From the NCBI GenBank assembly GCA_040954595.2, contig CM082590.2:7998001-8062000 (forward strand): a stretch of 64,000 bases of DNA. The letters are read 5' to 3'. Shown here one piece after another: positions 24,916-38,143 of this stretch. The notes under the pieces are model-generated. The model saw nothing but the letters and a program-made list of their open reading frames with translations, was not told where the DNA came from and ran no database searches. Made by a program: the position numbers and the translations under genes. This DNA is from Balanoglossus misakiensis (lineage: Eukaryota > Animalia > Hemichordata). Numbering within the stretch: position 1 is the first letter of the stretch; each line of letters begins with the position of its first letter.

Positions 24916-24931
24916 AGAGAGAGGGGGAGGG

Positions 24932-24962
<31 letters not shown>

Positions 24963-24967
24963 TGAGA

Positions 24968-25015
<48 letters not shown>

Positions 25016-25130
25016 GAAAGAGAGAGAGAGGGTGAGAGAGACAGACAGGCAGGCAGAGAGAGGGACAGAGAGAGTCAGAGACAGGGAGAGAGAGAGAGAG
25101 ACAGACATCAGACAGACAGTGAGAGAAAAT
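24916..25130. repeat. (AG)n microsatellite
   Basis: Direct reading. Confidence 0.9.
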
Positions 25131-26060
25131 TAGAGACGAAGCTTGACCTGGAAACACAATGCAAAATCAATCTTTGAGAGCAAATCCTTTGAGCTAAAAA
25201 TCTAAGTTAATTTTAATTTACTCAATACAATTGTGTTCTCAGTCCAGTAAATACTGCTAGGAAACAAAATATGCCACATCGTCAGCGCATATGTTGTGGT
25301 CTGTATAAAATTTTTCATCATAGTTAACCAGCATTCTCTTGACAACAGACGACGTGAACATTTCAACAGGCTTACTGGTGAAGGTAAGTGAGTAAGTTGT
25401 TAATAATTACTGTCAACATTAAAAGTATCAACTTCTCCATTGCATTTCTTGGCTGAATTTACCTACTGCATAACAAGTACATTGTAAGTTGACGTCAAAC
25501 GACTGTCCATAGATTCCATGTGTCACTGGATAATATTGTACGGTATATGTTACGGTTTGACAACTTTGAATCACAAAATGTGTGTGAGAAAGAAGGTGGG
25601 GGGAAGAGGGAGGGGGGAGAAAGGGAAAGAGAAAAGGAAAGAGGCTAGAGAGAGGGGAGAAAGAGGGAAATAGAGAAAGAGAGGGAGGGAGAGAAACAGA
25701 GGGAAAGAGAGAGAGGCAAAATCATAGATAGGGAAGTAATAGAGAGGGAGACATATTTATCAACACAAATGGCAGAATTAATTAATACAGAGACAAAGTT
25801 TGGCTACCTATCAGGGTTCTTATTTGTGACGATTGCAGAAGTCGACTTTCCTGATAACTGATTGGTTATGAAAACAGCGCATTTCCAAATTCCAGCAGTT
25901 CCGGCCAAAAATCCTGAGGTACCCAATGCAATGAAGGTAAAAGATACACTGTGAGTTCCAAACTACAGAAAAAGGCGTGTTCAAAGATATTCTCATATTC
26001 ACAGGCCACTGTGTAAAGTAAAGTCCTATTAAAGTGTAACCAAGGGTTTGAAAAGCTGAG

Positions 26061-28093
26061 ATGTACACAGCACTGTTTAAACAAGGTAAGTGGAAGCTGA
26101 AACAACCCTGATATTCTCAATGTTTTGATGAAGTACTAAACCCCTATGATTGACAATAATTAAAGGTATACAGTCACCTCTAGTTTATATGGCTGAAATA
26201 GTGTATTTGGGCGCTAAAGAACATACGGTGGCGCTCTTTTTTTTTGTGTGTGCCACCCACTGAAAATCTGTGATTGGCTAGATCTCATTTTGCCATGGTA
26301 ACTATAGCTAATTTTCTATAGGTGACCGTATACCTTTAAAGCCTCAATATGTGCCACTTTCGGCATACTTTTGAACTCAAATCCCACAGTTTATAGCAGA
26401 GTACCATTGAAAACAATACAGTTGTTGCTTTAATTATTATTTCTAGCAGTGTCTTGCCCCACACAGCTGGAACGATTATGACTATGGACAGTGTTCGAAA
26501 TTCATAGGAAATATCAACCAGTCACCAGGACTGGTAACTTCAAAAAGTTGCCAGTCCTGCCAAAAACTTACCAGTCCTGATATTATGCCTTACAATTAAA
26601 TGTAATCAAATACAACTGAGAAGCTAATTACCTTATCTGTGAACAATTGAAGATGGGATGGAATCATCTTTCTCTTTACATTACTTTGATAATTTTCAAG
26701 CTTTTACATCATTGTTTCTTTTATTTGCAATACATGAACTGGGGAAAGTCTAAAAGATGTCATGATACCACTGGTTAACTCCCATGCTAAATTCAACCTG
26801 TCTGTCGGACTGGTAACATTTTATTTTTACCAGTACTACAGAAAAACAACCAGTCTCGGACTGTCGGACAGGCTTTATTTCGTACACTGCTATGGTGCAT
26901 TTTTTTTATTTATTTTAGTTTTGCCCAGCAAGCAGGGGTGTGTGGTGGCGACATCACTGATTACAGCCGTTGCCATCATGGTCGCCGCGAGTTCCTACAG
27001 GAATTCAATCAGGATCAACCGCAAAAACGGTCTGCTGAAACTCATCCTGGATCACCAACATCCCCCAGCTCAGAATTCCGGAACACTGTCGGAATCCACT
27101 GATATTGTCAATACAACAGCCATGAAAAGTTTCCACCAATCAGAACCACCGGCACAAAAAGAGGAACTAGGACAGAGGAGTGCTCAAGTAAAGATCCTCA
27201 TCATTGGCCGAATGTCATCAGGGTCATCTGCAACAGCTCACTTATTCTCTAAACGGCCAGACACATTCTACGTAGGCGAGCCAGGTCATAGGATGCTCAA
27301 AAACATCGCTCATAAAAACGTCCATATCGACTCGGAAACACATCTGCAAGAAATTCAAACTGAACTCTGCAAGTTTTTGTCCGACATGTATAACTGCGAC
27401 TTCAACTCGCATGATTTTATTTTCAAAGCGCTGAACACTCGTGGGCTTTCTCGCAAAGGGTCGTTTCGTCAGTTGAACACCCCAGTCACAAAACGTCAAC
27501 TGAGGTCTTTCTGTTTATCCAAATCTCATATTGTGTCTAAAGTACTTCGGTTCACTGATGTGCAGTCCTGCTTGCCTCTATCAGAACACGCGCAAGTTAA
27601 GACTATATTTTTGGTGCGAGACCCACGAGGGCTGGTCGTTTCGAGAGAACGAAGATGGGGACCGATTTTAGAAAGACTTCACTATTCCATCAGAGACGGG
27701 ATGATGGAGCACTGTGTTTGGTTAGACAGGGTCTGGAATTTCCTGAAGGGGGCAACCGAGTACCAGAGAAGGAATTCGATGCTGGTTCGATTCGAAGACT
27801 TGTGTCTGTACCCCGGCACGGTCACACGCGCGATGTACGACTTCGTTGGCATACCTCCTCCGGATCCAACAGATCTGGCGAATTCAGTCTCCCACAACGA
27901 GTCTGCAATGAATTGGCTCAATGTCCTCGATTTCGACCGAATGAAACAAATGCAGGCGTATTGTCCCGATCGTGTCTATGACCGTTTCGGGTGGCCACGG
28001 TTCCAAACTAGCAAGGAATTTGCAAGTGCGCCATCAATATGGTACCAACCAATGCCACAAAATACAGTGGCACTGAAATACACTGTACCATAA
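26061..28093 (+). CDS. Carbohydrate sulfotransferase-like ST3 (~399 aa); exons 26061-26085 and 26919-28093
   Basis: MYTALFKQ+G|gtaagt joins in phase 1 to tattttag|TT. Motifs GRMSSGSS, GEPGH, LVRDPRG, RFEDL. Confidence 0.8.
26160..26339. mobile_element. TTAA-flanked MITE family B (Kolobok-like)
   Basis: ttaaAGGTATACAGTCACC ... GGTGACCGTATACCTttaa; other copies at 40753-40945 and 46405-46600. Confidence 0.8.
26489..26889. mobile_element. hAT-like non-autonomous element in the ST3 intron
   Basis: TIRs CAGTGTTCGAAAT ... ATTTCGTACACTG; imperfect flanking duplication ctatgga/ctatggt; internal accagtc/gactggt motifs. Confidence 0.6.
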
Positions 28094-28966
28094 TGTTTCA
28101 GGACCAAGGCGTATGGCCCACATAGAATATAGGCTGGTTGTAACGATTGGCTGGTACCCTGCCTCAATGACAAGCACCACCAATGAGGCAGGTGATGACA
28201 AACCGCCATATTTAGAATTATGGTATCTGATTGGCTAATAAATGAACGCTCTCATTGGTAATACTTCCTGACTAGATTCAATCTGTCATGTTTCTTGACC
28301 CGTTTCAAAAATGTTTCAATGGTCCCTTTGTGCACTAAAAGTTAAACACAAATCCAAAAGTTAAACACTGATTATTGCTGACAGTAACCCCAAAATCAAA
28401 TATACAACAACAGCTGTAGACTAGACAAATGTTCAACAACCATTTCTTGAGTACAAAACACATTGACGTGGTTCTATCATGCAATGAGGATATAGAGTTG
28501 TTCTACGTGTATCAGGTATGTCTCAACATTTTTAACGTTTCCCAAAATCTCAAACACATGTACATTTAAGCCAATTTCAACATTTCCTTCACCCGTATAT
28601 TGCATTGATATAGTTAACAGTGACTTCAAAAGAATACACGGTACCATATACCGTACCTCCACATAATGTTTCCTGCCTAGAGCCTGCATATTATTTTACG
28701 AACTCCACAATAACCTGCAAGATCTCTCATAGCTAGGCAGTTTATATCAGTGGACATTCTCATGTGACACAATATAGTCCATCGTGTTAAACAGCACAAA
28801 TTCTGTCAAACTTTGCATGCAAATATTTTAGTTTCATATAAAGCTGGACATAAATTACTTGGGTAGCAACCTATTGCTGAGGTAACAAAAAATCATTTAT
28901 TAGTAATGTGGCTAAATTTAACTTCTTATTTTTATTTTTAGTCTCACCAAGTTATTCAATGGTAAA

Positions 28967-30511
28967 ATGATGAACCACAAACAGGCGATATCAAGTAAGT
29001 AGACATGTTTTTAATCGAATATTGGTAAAATTTAGGTTTTTATTGGTAATATGCATTCCAAACATACGGTAAGTATTTCAGAAATTCTTGATTTTCAATT
29101 TTTTCTTACTTTATACGATTAAGCTAAAAGAAAATGAGATGAAAATTTTCCATATTATATCTATAACACATTTTGAACAAATTTCGGAATTCTTGATAAA
29201 TTTTCAGAAATTCCTTTTAATCGTGGATTTTCTGACACATTGCCCATGCACTCATGTCACATAATATTACCACTGACAGGGGTGATAGATATCCCATATG
29301 GATTCTAATCATTTTTTATTTGACTTCCAGTGTTGTCAAGGAAACGTTGCGCTCTCCTGGCTTTGGTATCCATATTGGCCTTGCTGGCTTTTCTCATGTC
29401 AAATGCGTTCATTCAGGCCAAAGTGAATCTGGGCCTGTATATGGCCAATGGACAAGTTCCTGCTCCTTTGATATTAGGAAGCCCAGTGAGAAACATGGCC
29501 GACGAAACCATGGCGATGGACATGCCAGAAACCTTCCACAACACAAGAGCGCCCTCAACGACGACAATTGACTTATCCCAGAACAGAACTAACCATGTCC
29601 TCATCATTGGCCGAATGTCAACAGGAACAAGTGCCACAGCGAGGTTAATAACCAATGAGTTGGACGTCTTCACTGCGTACGAGCCTGGATTGATATTATT
29701 AAAAACCTCATTCAAGAAAAGTGTCCATATCGACAGCGAAGAGTATTTGCAGGAGCTTCAAGCACCAATATGTGACTTTCTTGGAGACCTGTACAACTGT
29801 GAATTCTCAACCCATGAATATTTCCTGAAAGTATTAAACAATCTTCGCTTTTACAGAAAAGGGAATTTAGGTCGGTTAAAATATCCGCTGACGAAGAAAC
29901 AACTGACGTCATTCTGTCGATCGAATCGTTACATTTTATCCAAAGTAGTTCGATTCACCGATGTGGAGTCCTGTCTGCCGACGTTGGAAAAAGAGAAAGT
30001 AAAGATGATATTTTTGGCCAGAGATCCCAGGGGAATGATTACTTCTAGACTCAGGCGATGGGAAGCAGTGCACGCAAAATTGAACAATGCTAGCAACGCA
30101 AATTATTATCCTATTGAACAATTGGTGCAAGAACACTGCACCTGGTTAGAAATGGTTTGGAACTTGTTGAAGACGGACTCTGATTATGTGAAATCAAATT
30201 CAATGCTTATTCGACATGAGGACATGTGCTTGTACCCAGATGCAGTCAATCGTGCCACTTATGATTTCGTAGGACTATCTCATGTCATGAATTCAGAAAA
30301 TGGAAAATCCCATGCAGAATCAGCAGCAAGTTGGTTGAACGCTCTTAATTACGACAAAATGAAAGAAATACAAGATTACTGTCCTGGTCGTGTATACGAA
30401 AATTATGGATGGGTGCAGTTCAACAACAAGACAGAATATGAGAAACTGAAATCAACATGGTACAAACCAATGCCACAAAAAGAAATTATATTGAAATATA
30501 AAATACCATAG
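28967..30511 (+). CDS. Carbohydrate sulfotransferase-like ST4 (~402 aa); exons 28967-28994 and 29331-30511
   Basis: MMNHKQAIS+A|gtaagt joins to ttccag|TG TTG. TM anchor; motifs GRMSTGTS, YEPG, LARDPRG, RHED. Confidence 0.85.
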
Positions 30512-30556
30512 TATTTCAAATAATTATTACTCTCAAGTAGACTGACATTATTTTCT

Positions 30557-30799
30557 TTAAAGGTAAGCTGTCGTCGCGCCACATTTGTTTGTTTATAAAC
30601 ATTATAATTCATCCACAAATCCCTGAAATTAGATAATTCTCAGAATGAACGAAGCAGCCAACCGTAGGGTAGACTTGGCATGACAGCAACTGAAGATCCT
30701 AGTAGGTCGTGGCGACTGCAGTGAGGTTTGTGCTGGTATGGGAGGACATATTCTCATCAAGGGGGACACCCACGCAGCGCGACGACCCCTTCCCTTTAA
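30557..30799. mobile_element. TTAA-flanked MITE family C
   Basis: ttaaaggtaagctgtcgtcgcg ... cgcgacgaccccttccctttaa; second copy at 45839-46048 with a shared core. Confidence 0.75.
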
Positions 30800-31359
30800 A
30801 TCATGCGTTAATAGCTGGAGTTCTATTGCAAGGATAGGGCTTGAAAAATTACCAGTACATAGGAAGAACAGGTATTTAGTTGTAGTCGTTACTCAGAGTT
30901 TCGCAGACAACACGATCATTAGACAACGCACAAAATCATGAAAATAAACATCGTTTTAAACCCTGTGCTTTGCAATGCAGGTGTTGACAGCTATTCGTTA
31001 GTTCTGACAGCTTAATTTCCATACGCACACAAAATTTCACCTCTGGAGAATTAAGGTCATTAAACAGCTATTCATTGTACAATTTCATGCCATCTGTCCT
31101 GTAGTGTATTCATGTCAGACGATAGCCTACCTTCATCACATTTTAACAAGCCCATAATTTAAAACAAAATTCCTATCCAGGACAAGTGATTTACATTGCA
31201 ATTATATTTTCTATTTAATGGTGTAATTTTAGAAGCTAATCAAATTTACATGCAAATGTAAGGACAATTTCCTTTGTTAGTCATGATCATCTATTTTAAG
31301 TGGATATTAAAATTGCTATGATGGAATTGAAATATTTGAGGGTTTTTTAGGACAATGTT

Positions 31360-31376
31360 GTGTCTGTCTGTCTGTC

Positions 31377-31441
<65 letters not shown>

Positions 31442-31490
31442 ATGTATGTATGTATGTATGTATGTATGTATGTATGTATGTATGTATGTA
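31360..31490. repeat. (TGTC)/(TG)/(TATG) compound microsatellite
   Basis: Direct reading. Confidence 0.95.
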
Positions 31491-32512
31491 CGACAGTCAA
31501 AGACAGAGGAAAAACATACAATATTTTGTTTCACAACAATTAGACCAGCAAATGCACAGCCTGTACCATCATTGTTGACAACAAAATCAAAGTCTAGACA
31601 TAAACCCTACAGTATGTGGATTAAACACACACTGGCATGTACCCAATGTGACAAAAAAATCTAAACTTGAAATTTTCGAACACACCACTATATCATATTT
31701 TCAACATCTTTTCGTACTGTAAAATAATCTGTCATAGATTATATTTATCTTGTGTATAATAAACCAATCTGACAAAAACCATGATTTTTATATTAAACGA
31801 ATCAGAAAATTATTCTACCGGAGGCAGTAATCTGAGCCAACATTCAATTACAGCTGCTCTAGATGAACTCTGCATATGCAAATTTGATGCAAATTACCCT
31901 TGGTATTATAATTGGAAAATAAACTTCCATAAACGGTACACGTGCATACACTGCCTTAATTGACGTAAGGTCATTCAGGTCACTGATGACAACTCTCGCC
32001 TGTCGTGCTTGTGTGTACAATTACATTCTTCATTCGTCGTTGTTGGAATGTTGCGTACTGCCACGTTGATATATTGAAAAACCAAGACCCAGACGGTACA
32101 GCATATGGTTGTGTGTGTTCGATGGTTCTGATGACGCTAGCAACTAACTATTGGAGGGGTTCGGGAGCCAAGTGAGGTAAATTAGTCTATTTCAACATTT
32201 TGCCATCTTCGAAAAGAAATTTCAAATGCCTTGGTTGATAATACTATTTATAGTTAAATCTCTGATACCAGCGGTTTATAACAGTTGCCATCATAAAACA
32301 AGCCAAAATGGGTAATAAAATACATTTGATGTTTTTTTATATTCACCATCTAACAATATGCTACAGTGAATAACAATTTACATGTAGTTCTCTTATCCAT
32401 CGGATTGTATACTATTAGCGAATGAGGCGTAGAATGAAGTTCAGCACATTTTTATGGCTGAAGTCTGCGATGTGATAGGCCCTATGCATATGAAAGTGTG
32501 TCTGTTTGATTA

Positions 32513-32573
<61 letters not shown>

Positions 32574-32721
32574 GACTGTCTATCTCTCAGCCTGTCTATT
32601 TTGCAAGTCAACTAATATCGATCGTAACAAGGGAAATCATCGATATAATTTCAGATTTTTAAGACAATGGTTTCACCGCGAAATCCATACAATGTTAATT
32701 TTTGGAATAGACATAGTTACC

Positions 32722-32933
32722 TACTGTAAAACACTTCATTTTCGCGAGTTGAAATTTTTCGCGATATCGAGAGAGGCCACTGTTTCGTGAGTATTTATTT
32801 TCGCGTTCTCTTATTCATTCACTGCATCGTTATCTTCAAAAACAATTTACGCGCCTTTTTATTTTCACGCTATTTTGGCTCTCGCGTATTTTGCGAAAAT
32901 TTACTGCTCGCGAAAATAAAGTGTTTTACAGTA
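32722..32933. mobile_element. TA-flanked Tc1/mariner-like MITE family D
   Basis: TActgtaaaacacttcattttcgcgag ... ctcgcgaaaataaagtgttttacagTA. Confidence 0.8.
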
Positions 32934-33522
32934 CCTCGCGAGATTTTGCAGAAAATCATTACGATATACCGGGTACTCCTGACCTGTTTTAGATGAACAG
33001 ATATACAATTCTATGTCTTTGTACCGGTAGGTAATAAAACGAATGCTATAAAAGTGCCATAAAAAACTGCACTATCATATTAAAACTGTACCACGCTAAG
33101 AGACATTTTCACGTGAGACTAACACAACAGGTTGTTAATATTCTGTGTGTTCACTTCAGTCATTCGAGCGTGGAGTAACGAAGGCTGAATTTGCGAGTCG
33201 TATATCACATCACCCCAGGAAGTCAATAAATTAACCAACGCACGCACCACGTGTTTCAAAATCACCAACAGATGGTACGACGAAGATATGAAGCCCGTAG
33301 AAGTTAAATGACTTGAATTCAATTTTCAGTGATAAAAAATTCATGTTTGGTACATGGACCGTGTTGATAACTGAAACATTAACACTCACCCTTTTTCATG
33401 CCCCTTGGAGACTTGAACACAAAAATCCAGATGGTTGGCAGATCTGCAGCACTACTGAAAAAAAATGAGACGAAACGTTGCAATTAATGGAGCTTTAATG
33501 TCTGAAGGCAAGAAATTCCAAA

Positions 33523-33733
33523 TACTGTAAAACACTTTATTTTCGCGAGCAATAAATTTCGTGAAATACGCAAGAGCCAAAATATCCTGAAAATAAAAAG
33601 TCGCGTAAATTTTTTTTGAAGATAACAATGCAGTGAATGAAATAAGAGAACGCGAAAATTAATACTCGCGAAACAGTGGCCTCTCTCGATATCGCGAAAA
33701 TTTCAACTCGCGAAAATAAAGTGTTTTACAGTA
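33523..33733. mobile_element. MITE family D, opposite orientation to the copy at 32722
   Basis: Same TIRs; the internal sequence is the reverse complement of 32722-32933. Confidence 0.8.
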
Positions 33734-34247
33734 ATCATTTAATGGTTTTGGGAGTCATACATTTACAGTGTGTGGAACAATGTGGTACATGAGAAAAAAT
33801 TTTAGACGCATACTACCATACTTAAAACAAAGTACAGCATTGTACATGTAACTGATTATACCTACAACAGCCATCTAGAAACACAGTATATACATGTGTC
33901 TTTGACAGTCGAAAGGTTAAAGTCACCTAAATTTGTGCAATATGATTGAGATGATTTAAAAATAGCAGGACAACTCTGTTCCTGGTCACTAATATTTGAA
34001 ACAAGTCGATTCACATTCCAGTGCATTAAGAAATCATAACACAAGCATTCGAATCCAAGCATGTCCATACCAGTACAACACCACCCATTCATTTTGCGTT
34101 TTCTTGTTCAAACATTGCTGGTCACACAATGTTAAAATGCATCAATCAATATTGCACCTTTCTACATTGTACTGTTAAAATGCGGCATCATTCCCGGTAT
34201 GTTGTAAATTCCAAAAATAAAACTCAAATGATGTCGATAAAGCTAAC

Positions 34248-34418
34248 CATTCACTCACTCACTCATTCATTCATCCATCCATTCATTCATTCATTCATTC
34301 ATTCATTCATCCATCCATCCATCCATCCATTCATTCATCCATCCATCCATCCATCCATCCATCCATCCATCCATTCATTCATTCATTCATCCATCCATCC
34401 ATTCATTCATTCATTCAT
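34248..34418. repeat. (CATT)n/(CATC)n microsatellite
   Basis: Direct reading. Confidence 0.95.
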
Positions 34419-35835
34419 TATGAAATTGCGAATACAGCAAAATGGTATATAGTTTTAAAAGCAGGGAAAGTCAGATTCTAAAACTGCATGTGAAAATCCA
34501 TGTTTGAAATAGCTTCCGGCTAAAAGGGAATTGCATACGCATTTATTATTAAAAGTTACATCATTCATACATGACCTCCATACTCTACCAAAAATAAACT
34601 GTCTTTTACCACAGAAAAAAATGGATGTACATACAAACACACACACACACATGCATGCATACACACACACACACACACAGACACACGCACGCATGCACAC
34701 ACACACACACATATACACATCACCCCTGCACAAAATATCAAACAGTTGAAAATCTGAAAATATCACAAAAGCATTTTTGTAACAATTCTGCATGTGCCTA
34801 CATGTACATGGATCCTAAACACCAGATGGGCGTTACCCCTAGCAACAGCCAGGCAGAGTGTCATCAACTTATTCATATATACATGTACGGTATGTCATTG
34901 AAATTTCACCTCGTAGCTTTGCATACAGTACTGCAATATGTCTAGTGGTGAAAACATTATTTTTTTATTGCTAAGATCCCCTTAAATTTATTTTGCTTTT
35001 TGCTGCAAGATTAAGACGTGATACTGGTTGTATTTGTAACAAGTGGTTCGGGTAAGTCATTTCGATTAATTAATCAGATCATCATCATTAATGAACAGCG
35101 TTTATTAGTGTTTGGGTAAAAATTATCCAAAACGTGCCTTCCCACACACGCACACAGACACTCACTGACCCCAGCATCAATGAACTCCTACACAGAATAC
35201 TATCAGAATTCTTATAGGAAAACAATCGCTAACTTTTGACATCATTTGTTGATGGGCTTTTCATGTTATTCTGTTCAATGAAACATGTTAAATGACCAGT
35301 TGTTATAACTCTATCGGCACCCTCCCTGTACATAGGTATACCGGTATAACATACTTGTAAGAATATTTCTACAATATATTTTTTGGTTCTGACCAAAATT
35401 AAAATGATGAAAGTAGCTGTATAAGAAGGTGTACGGCATACTGAGAATCAGGAAATGATAATTTGATTTCGAATAGTCAGCCCAACCTTACAGTGGTATG
35501 CTAGACCAGTGTATTTCGAACAATATACAGTGTCCAGCCAGACACTGAGAATATTGTTTTGTTATTTCAAACTGTTGCCCCCATCTCAGCAACTACCAGC
35601 AACATCACAAGAGGCACATTTCCAGGCCATTAGGTCAGAAATGCAAGCATATGTGATGTTATAAATGCTGGTATTTTCTGTAAATAGGAGAAACTTAAAT
35701 CTATAGAAAAAGTGAATGGAATATTTAACTTTCCATATGTTGTGCTTTTAAATTAGAGGGTAGGCGATGTCACATCAGTGGCTGTGGGTATCACGTCCCA
35801 GTTTCTGGTGAGTCAAAGTACTGTGAGTTGCAATC

Positions 35836-36395
35836 TAGTGTACCTGCTACATTGTAAATCATTGCAAACAATGTGATTGTTACTTTGTATTACACTGTAG
35901 TCTAACGGCTACAATGTACATCATTTCAATCAATGTGATTGTTACTTTGTATTACACTGTAGTGTAACTGCTACAGTGTACATCATAGCAAACAATGTGA
36001 TTGTTACTTTGTATTACACTGTAGTGTAACTGCTACATTGTAGATCATTGGAAACAATGTGATTGTTACTTTGTATTACACTGTGGTGTAACTGCTAAAA
36101 TGTACATCACTGCAAGCAATGTGGTTGTTACTTTGTATTACACTGTAGTCTAACAGCTACACTGTACATCATTGGAAACAATGTAGTTGTTACTTTGTAT
36201 TACACTGTAGTCTAACTGCTACAATGTACATCATTGGAAACAATGTGATTGTTACTTTGTATTACATCGTAGTCTAACAGCTACAATGTACATCATTGGA
36301 AACAATGTGATTGTTACTTTGTATTACACTGTAGTGTAACTGCTACAATGTACATCACTGCAAACAATGCGATTGTTACTTTGTATTACACTGTA
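35836..36395. repeat. 62-bp tandem minisatellite, ~9 copies
   Basis: aatgtgattgttactttgtattacactgtagt at 35870, 35932, 35994 and onward. Confidence 0.95.
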
Positions 36396-37562
36396 TCTCA
36401 TGGAAAACAATGCCTCATTACATTTTATGACATTTTCAATTTACTTTGATATAACATGTATTGGTTGACTGAGACACTATGTCCAGTGGGAACCATATGC
36501 CAATGCAGTGTTATTATACAGGAAAGTCGCACATGTGCAGTTCAGATGACCCTTCCCTTTAGAATTCTCATCACATGACAACCATCTGATCATGTACATA
36601 GATATCATCATAGGCCTTGTACGTATATCGATAACATACACTATCATATTTGGATATCTACCAATGTCTTTATATTATTGTAACGGCAATAAATTTGCAA
36701 GTGAAGCATTTGTATGGCCGTATGGTACTCATAGTATTAATATCATAGTTTAGTATCCATGGCAACAGTTCTTGCTTAGCAACAGGCACATAATCTACAC
36801 TCATATGGGTATGTACATCATGCAGACTCAATATTAACAAACTTCTGGAATTAAATACGTAACTTAACGTATCTCATCTCTGATAAATTCTGCAGAAAAA
36901 TAAATGTTATTTCAGACCATAATAAGTGGAACGAACCGATGAGGGAGAAAAGGTTAAATTGAGGAGAAACAAAATTTTCCTAGAAATTGCAAATTTTATT
37001 TTGAAATCTGAAAATAACTGACACCACAAAAGCCAGATTTAGCATGTACGCATTCATATTACAGAAATATTTTTATTCAAATCCTGAAGCAGCTTTCGCT
37101 CACCATTATGAATTCGTTTGGTGTCAGCTTGGCAAACAGGAATATTCAAAACAAATTTAGTTTCACGACAACAGGCGATTAAATAGACTTTCTGTACACA
37201 GTCTGCCAGATGGCGTCCGTGCATTGGTAAATCAAGGATACAGTGTGGACACTTGTCATTGACATATCGCCTGATCAGTTCTGCTACTGGCTTGAATCAA
37301 TTTGGCGGAAAATTTGGGAAGCAGTATATTCGTGTATAGATGTGAGTACATGTATATTTGGAGTTTTATGAACTGAATCATTCTCATTCTACTGTGAAAA
37401 CGCTATGTAGACACTACAGTTAGATTGATACATGGTATTTCTGTCCTTTGAAAGTGATTCTGGGAACTGATTAACTTTATAGTCTAACAGTTGCTATTTT
37501 TTGTTGATGTATGTACATGTATGTATATATGTATATACCGTAAGTATGTACATGTATGTAAG

Positions 37563-37601
<39 letters not shown>

Positions 37602-38072
37602 ATCGGTATATACCGTCTTGTGTGTGTGTGTGTATGTGTATAGTATTAGATAGATACTGAACCAGAATATTGTGTTTGTTTGTAGAGTCATTTAGAGTCT
37701 GGAATTTATAGCTGACATATTTGAAATAATTGGCGATGTACATGTAGCCAACAATGGCAATGAATACATAGTCAGTGCTTCTAGGGAAAAGACGTCGGCA
37801 CAGTAATTAACAATCAAACCTTAACAGTTCCCGGGGGCACTCCCATTAGAAGGACACATATGTATACTGCGGTTTTATCTGACCTCACTGTCCTGCCATA
37901 TGTAGAACACTTTTATTATGTATACGCTAGATGTCATTAAAAGACAACATGATGGTTTTGATAAATGAGTTTTGAGAATGGTAGCCGTTTGTTCTTTGCG
38001 ACAGTAGCCTTCGTACTTCGGGGACAGATTCATAGTAATCAATATGTCAATATATAATTATTACAATAATTG

Positions 38073-38143
38073 GCCAAGTCTCGCGAGATCTCACTAGCCA
38101 AGTCTCGCGAGATCTCACTAGCCAAGTCTTGCGAGATCTCACT
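38073..38143. promoter_or_regulatory. 24-bp triple repeat carrying the TCTCGCGAGA palindrome
   Basis: gccaagtctcgcgagatctcacta x3 (third copy has one substitution), ~650 bp upstream of the MFSD6-like-1 ATG; regulatory role is inferred. Confidence 0.45.

Noticed and set aside
26762-26918. N-terminal extension of the ST3 ORF
   Set aside because: Runs through a hAT-like element and the intron acceptor; the micro-exon at 26061 fits the paralog pattern.
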